From NCBI GenBank assembly GCA_964352215.1, contig CAYGRE010000005.1:18527-82526 (forward strand): 64,000 nucleotides of DNA. Reading direction: 5' to 3'. The notes under the pieces were generated by a model. It did no database searches. It worked only from the letters and a program-made list of their open reading frames with translations, and had not been told where the DNA came from. Numbering within the stretch: position 1 is the stretch's first letter; every line of letters begins with the position of its first letter. This stretch comes from an uncultured Bacteroidia bacterium (GTDB lineage Bacteria; Bacteroidota; Bacteroidia; J057; JADKCL01). Below, piece by piece: positions 60,079 through 64,000 of this stretch. Both the position numbers and the translations under genes were made by a program.

Positions 60079-60822
60079 ATGAAACGATTGCAAGGTAAGG
60101 TGGCGATAGTCACAGGAGGCTCCCAGGGTATCGGAAAAGCCATTGTTGAACAGTTTGTGCGCGAAGGGGCCCGGGTTGCTATCTGGGACATTGATCTGGA
60201 AAAGGGCAAAGCAGTGCAAGAAGCCCTCGATCCCCAAGGAGACTTGACTAGGGTGTATGAGGTAAACGTTACGGATGCCGACCTGGTCACCTCCAAGATG
60301 GCTGAAACCCATGCCGACCTGGGTCGGATCGATATTCTGGTCAACAATGCTGGGATTACCAGCGATGCCTCCTTGAAGAAAATGTCCATGGAGCAATGGA
60401 ACAATGTCATCCAGGTCAATCTCAATGGGGTTTTCTATTGTGTCAAGGCGGTCTATCCGATTATGGCAGCTCAGGGTTCAGGCCGCATCATCAATGCCTC
60501 TTCGGTGGTGGGCATCCAGGGCAACTTTGGTCAGACCAATTATGTAGCGACCAAGGCCGGGGTGATCGGGATGACGAAGGTATGGTCCCGTGAATTTGGC
60601 CGGAAGGGTATTACTGTCAATGCAGTCGCACCGGGATTTATCAATACGGAAATGATTGCCACTGTTCCAGCGCCTGTTTTGGAAAATCTGAAGGGGAAGT
60701 CTTCGCTGAACCGCCTGGGTGAGGTGGAGGAAGTGGCAGCGGTCTATACTTTCCTGGCATCTGATGAGGCCGCTTTTATCACTGGCACGACCATCAGTGT
60801 AGATGGTGGGATTTCGATCTAA
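60079..60822 (+). CDS. fabG: Short-chain dehydrogenase/reductase, 3-oxoacyl-ACP reductase-like
   Basis: Motifs are VAIVTGGSQGIGKA (TGxxxGxG), NNAGI and YVATKAGVIGMTK (YxxxK). The length is 247 aa. Confidence 0.65.
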   Translation: MKRLQGKVAIVTGGSQGIGKAIVEQFVREGARVAIWDIDLEKGKAVQEALDPQGDLTRVYEVNVTDADLVTSKMAETHADLGRIDILVNNAGITSDASLKKMSMEQWNNVIQVNLNGVFYCVKAVYPIMAAQGSGRIINASSVVGIQGNFGQTNYVATKAGVIGMTKVWSREFGRKGITVNAVAPGFINTEMIATVPAPVLENLKGKSSLNRLGEVEEVAAVYTFLASDEAAFITGTTISVDGGISI

Positions 60823-60872
60823 GTCCAAAATCAATTAGTTTATGCACTGAGTCCGGCCAACCCTTCCATCTT

Positions 60873-62246
60873 ATGCGCAAGCGCCTCAATGCATTCTCTG
60901 AATTCGCAAAGACTATCCTCCCCAATGAGATTGATTTTCTGATTGCCTCCAATCAGTTACAGGACGAAGATCGTTTGGCCATTCTGGAGCGGATTAGAAG
61001 TAATATCTCTCAGCATCCTCCGGAAGAAGCCTACGATCTCTCCATTGATAAACGTACTTATTCTCATTTAAAGAACTGGATCGTCAAGCAGCTTTGCCGC
61101 AATGATGTTGATGAATTCTACCATTGGATATCTGAAATCGATGTTAAGATCGTCCACGACAGCATTTCGCCTGAAGAGGAACGAAAGTTCCTGAAGTTGA
61201 TCCAGGAATATGAAGCGCCAGGATTTTATTTTACCCGTCTTTTTGAGGTCTTACAACACTACAGCAATTTTCTTCTGATTCGTCTCCGGTACAAGGACCA
61301 TCAAATTGTGGACGACCTGTTGAACAGCTCCCGGGAAGCTTATTTGCGGCACAAGGGGATTGAAGAAAAATTGCGGGAAGCCAGTACTGATATCGTAAAG
61401 AAGTACAATCAACGTGGCGGACTCCCAAAGTGGAAGGGCTGGCTTTCGGATATTTTTGAAGATGAATCGGTACAAGGATATTTTCGGTACCAAGCCCTGA
61501 TCCGCTTACACTTCATGGACCTCCATGCTGAGGACAATTCCGAACTGCTGGACCAATATGCTGTTATGGGGCGGTATTTTTCCCAAGGCAAATTTTACTC
61601 CAAACGGCTATTGGTCAACTACTATCACAATCTGATGCTGTTGCACCACAAAAACCGCCAGTATGAGGAGGCGCTGCAATATGGCTATCTGTCTACCCGG
61701 GTCGCTACCCATGACTTCCTGCTGCATGTCAACAACCTTTGTGATGTTCTGGTCCATCTCAAGCGCTATGAAGAAGGCTTGAAGCTCCTGCGTTCGGCAA
61801 GTAAAGAGGCCCGCAACACCAATAACTTTTTCAACCGGGTCGGCTATGTCTCTTCAATGATGCGGTGCCTGATCGGTACGGGGAATCCTGCCTCTGCAGT
61901 CAGTTATGGTAGTAGTTTTCTCGGAGTCTATAAAAAGGAGATTATGAAGTACCGTTGGTTCAGGTTCTTTTATACTTTTTTGGAGGCTTTGGTCAGGGCG
62001 GGCGAGTTCAAGGAGGTCATCCGGGTCGGCAAGAAGCACCGCTTACTGGAGTTGGAAGCCAAAGAGGTTTCAGACCAAGATGGTTATGGCAAACTGACCA
62101 TTCTTACCCAACTCGCCAACTATCTTGCTGGGGAACTTGACAGGCAGGAATTTGAAATTTATTTGACGGGGCTCGAGACTGGCCTTCGGGAGGAATTGCT
62201 TGAAGGGAAGCTACCTTTGGGCCCTTTTCTTATCCCCAATTACTGA
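60873..62246 (+). CDS. Hypothetical all-helical (TPR-like) protein
   Basis: This 457-aa ORF has helical-repeat composition (YEEALQYGYLSTRV, YEEGLKLLRSASKEA). Confidence 0.65.
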   Translation: MRKRLNAFSEFAKTILPNEIDFLIASNQLQDEDRLAILERIRSNISQHPPEEAYDLSIDKRTYSHLKNWIVKQLCRNDVDEFYHWISEIDVKIVHDSISPEEERKFLKLIQEYEAPGFYFTRLFEVLQHYSNFLLIRLRYKDHQIVDDLLNSSREAYLRHKGIEEKLREASTDIVKKYNQRGGLPKWKGWLSDIFEDESVQGYFRYQALIRLHFMDLHAEDNSELLDQYAVMGRYFSQGKFYSKRLLVNYYHNLMLLHHKNRQYEEALQYGYLSTRVATHDFLLHVNNLCDVLVHLKRYEEGLKLLRSASKEARNTNNFFNRVGYVSSMMRCLIGTGNPASAVSYGSSFLGVYKKEIMKYRWFRFFYTFLEALVRAGEFKEVIRVGKKHRLLELEAKEVSDQDGYGKLTILTQLANYLAGELDRQEFEIYLTGLETGLREELLEGKLPLGPFLIPNY

Positions 62247-62334
62247 ATCATTTAGCAGTTAATCTTCAGACTTAGGGCCGGGATACATGGACGTCAGTAG
62301 CATGATTCCTTTTGCAAGGAATTCCTTCCACGAA

Positions 62335-62367
62335 AAATGCCTCCAGTAGGGATTACTGAAGGCATTT
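62335..62367. terminator. Possible bidirectional hairpin between convergent genes
   Basis: aaatgcct (62335-62342) pairs with aggcattt (62360-62367), giving an 8-bp stem and a 17-nt loop. A 12-nt palindrome aaggaattcctt lies at 62316-62327. Confidence 0.3.
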
Positions 62368-62394
62368 AATAACTGAAGAAGCTGTCTGGTCGGC

Positions 62395-63462
62395 TTACTT
62401 CTTCATCTTTAGTCTCACCATGTACTTATCTGTATCCATGTCTTGTTGGGTAAACAGATAAAACTTGAGACTTCCTTTTTCATAGAAGTGGAGACCACTG
62501 TCTTCGTAGACTTTGTACCCGGTCTTGCTGCTGAAACAGGTCAGCTTTGACTTGATAAACTCCAATTCTGCCTGCGCATCTGACTTCTGGTAGAACATCT
62601 TAGAATCCAGCATCAACTCTTTTTTGTTGGGGTCGAAGAGGTTGGGCATTAAGCGTCCAGTTACAAAGAGGGGCGGGGTTTCGGTGGTGAAGAAAACATC
62701 TTCTTCTTCCATTTCGGTCTCTTCGGGATCCAGGTTGCCCTTGATGGAAGCAAAATTGGATGATGCCATCCCCATATACTTTTTGAGGGGAGCACAAAGG
62801 TCGGCAGTGGCCCGCTCGGCTGCTTCTGCTTCTGCTTTTGCTTTGGCGGCAGCTTCCCGTTCCGCAGCCGCTTTCTCAGCAGCCGCCTTTTTCTCAGCAG
62901 CAATACGTGCCTTCTCGGCTTCTGCAGCTTCCCTTTCCGCTTCAATCTTGTCTTTCTTGGCCTGGTTCCAGGCAGGGACCATGGCTACCCATTCAGACAA
63001 TGAAAATGATTCGGCATTTGCTTCGGCTTCATCTTTGAGTGTTTTCCACTTGGACTGCGGGGGACCCATGGCCATGATTTCTATAATCTCATCCTGAGAT
63101 TCAGAAAGGTTGTAGATATCGATGACGTTGTCGGGACGCATCACCAGGAAGTCTTCAATAGGAGTGATAAAATAACCATCCGAAGTCTGAGCAAAGACAT
63201 TGTCTTTGAGGCGCTCGTAGTTATACTTACTCATATAACGACTGCCTTTGTCCTGCCAATCCACTCCCATCTCCAGCAAATCTGCCTCTGATTTATAAAT
63301 GGCTGTTTTGACACGGTAAGGCGAAGGTGGCAAGGTAGATTTATCAACCAGCTTCTTGGTCAAACGGTACTCTCCTTCTGGTGGAGGATTGAGGGTTTGA
63401 GCAGTTAGGAAACCAAAGCTGACAGCAGCTACCAACAGATAACAAACAAGGTATTTTTTCAT
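62395..63462 (-). CDS. Secreted hypothetical protein with an Ala/Glu/Lys-rich coiled-coil segment
   Basis: I trimmed the track ORF 62395..63630 to the ATG at 63462 (MKKYLVCYLLVAAVSFGFLTAQT, a signal peptide). The central segment reads KIEAEREAAEAEKARIAAEKKAAAEKAAAEREAAAKAKAEAEAAERA. Confidence 0.65.
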   Translation of the reverse strand: MKKYLVCYLLVAAVSFGFLTAQTLNPPPEGEYRLTKKLVDKSTLPPSPYRVKTAIYKSEADLLEMGVDWQDKGSRYMSKYNYERLKDNVFAQTSDGYFITPIEDFLVMRPDNVIDIYNLSESQDEIIEIMAMGPPQSKWKTLKDEAEANAESFSLSEWVAMVPAWNQAKKDKIEAEREAAEAEKARIAAEKKAAAEKAAAEREAAAKAKAEAEAAERATADLCAPLKKYMGMASSNFASIKGNLDPEETEMEEEDVFFTTETPPLFVTGRLMPNLFDPNKKELMLDSKMFYQKSDAQAELEFIKSKLTCFSSKTGYKVYEDSGLHFYEKGSLKFYLFTQQDMDTDKYMVRLKMKK

Positions 63463-63660
63463 GTTTTCATAAAGTGTTTGACAATGGTCATGTGCGTTGA
63501 GCACCATTTCCCAAGATGGGGGAAGCAAAAGTACGAACTGAAGAATCTTCATACAAAAGGAATTCCCCCCTGTCGTGGTAAAAACTAAATCGATTTGATC
63601 TTTTGAATTGGCTTGCTTCAGGAATGTCAAACAGTGAAATCATATCTGTCTGGAACTGAG

Positions 63661-64000
63661 TTAAGTCCTGACCTCCTTCGGAGACATCCCATACTTGGCA
63701 GAAAATGCTTTGGAGAAATAGGATGCACTCGAAAATCCTACCTGGAATGCGACTTCACTGACGGAGCCGGCATTCTGCTCGAGTAGTTGATAGGCGTACT
63801 CCAAGCGGTAGTTTCGGATAAATTCTCCGGTTGACTGCCCGGTCAATGCCTTGACCTTGCGGTGCAGTTGGGTACGGCTCATGGCAAGTTGCTCCGCCAT
63901 GTCCTCGACGGATAGTTTTTCATTGCTGAGCTCTGCCTGCATCAACTCTTTGAGACGGATCAGGAACTGTTCCTCTATGGAAGTGGCTTCGGTTACGGTG
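63661..64000 (-). CDS. AraC-family HTH domain, the C-terminal part of a regulator whose 5' end lies beyond the window
   Basis: The sequence is LSVEDMAEQLAMSRTQLHRKVKALTGQSTGEFIRNYRLEYAYQLLEQNAGSVSEVAFQVGFSSASYFSKAFSAKYGMSP. The frame stays open upstream of the listed Met to position 64000 (..TVTEATSIEEQFLIRLKEL). Confidence 0.75.
   Translation of the reverse strand, partial: TVTEATSIEEQFLIRLKELMQAELSNEKLSVEDMAEQLAMSRTQLHRKVKALTGQSTGEFIRNYRLEYAYQLLEQNAGSVSEVAFQVGFSSASYFSKAFSAKYGMSPKEVRT

Noticed and set aside
62395-63630. The long form (411 aa) of the coiled-coil protein starting at 63630.
   Set aside because: The first 56 residues are not signal-like. The Met at 63462 gives MKKYLVCYLLVAAVSFGFLTAQT, a clear signal peptide.

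Overview
This window looks like Bacteroidota chromosome, based on T9SS C-terminal sorting domains, SprB-type repeats and many lipoproteins; I could not run any taxonomy or database search. Three blocks are visible. (1) Positions 1-23676 are a single stop-free minus-strand reading frame. It is missing from the supplied ORF track because it has no stop inside the window. It encodes at least 7,892 codons of a giant secreted SprB-repeat adhesin that also carries enzyme-like beta-propellers, Kelch repeats, five malectin domains, ConA/LamG-like lectin modules and PKD domains. (2) Positions 24.3-30.8 kb hold secreted and membrane proteins: an arylsulfotransferase-family T9SS substrate, a YheT-type hydrolase and a second T9SS substrate. 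Positions 30.9-50.4 kb then form an accessory island that looks more AT-rich by eye. It contains a Fic protein with an AbiEi-like N-terminus, one intact and two decayed toxin-antitoxin loci, REP-like palindromes, several tandem-repeat arrays and a set of uncharacterised operons. The best candidate for an undescribed system is the translationally coupled pair 42487-45312 (941 aa, no recognisable catalytic motif, 8-Cys cluster) and 45309-46106 (265 aa, hydrolase-like SHSIG and GCNSG motifs). Other candidates are a metzincin-like lipoprotein with a coupled cytoplasmic partner, and a leaderless PG-binding-like protein flanked by tandem repeats. (3) Positions 50.4-60.8 kb are a lipid-type cluster: lipase, AMP-ligase, two alpha/beta hydrolases, an outer-membrane barrel, a KASIII-like protein apparently lacking the His/Asn of the catalytic triad, an SSS transporter and FabG. 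All family names come from motif reading by eye.
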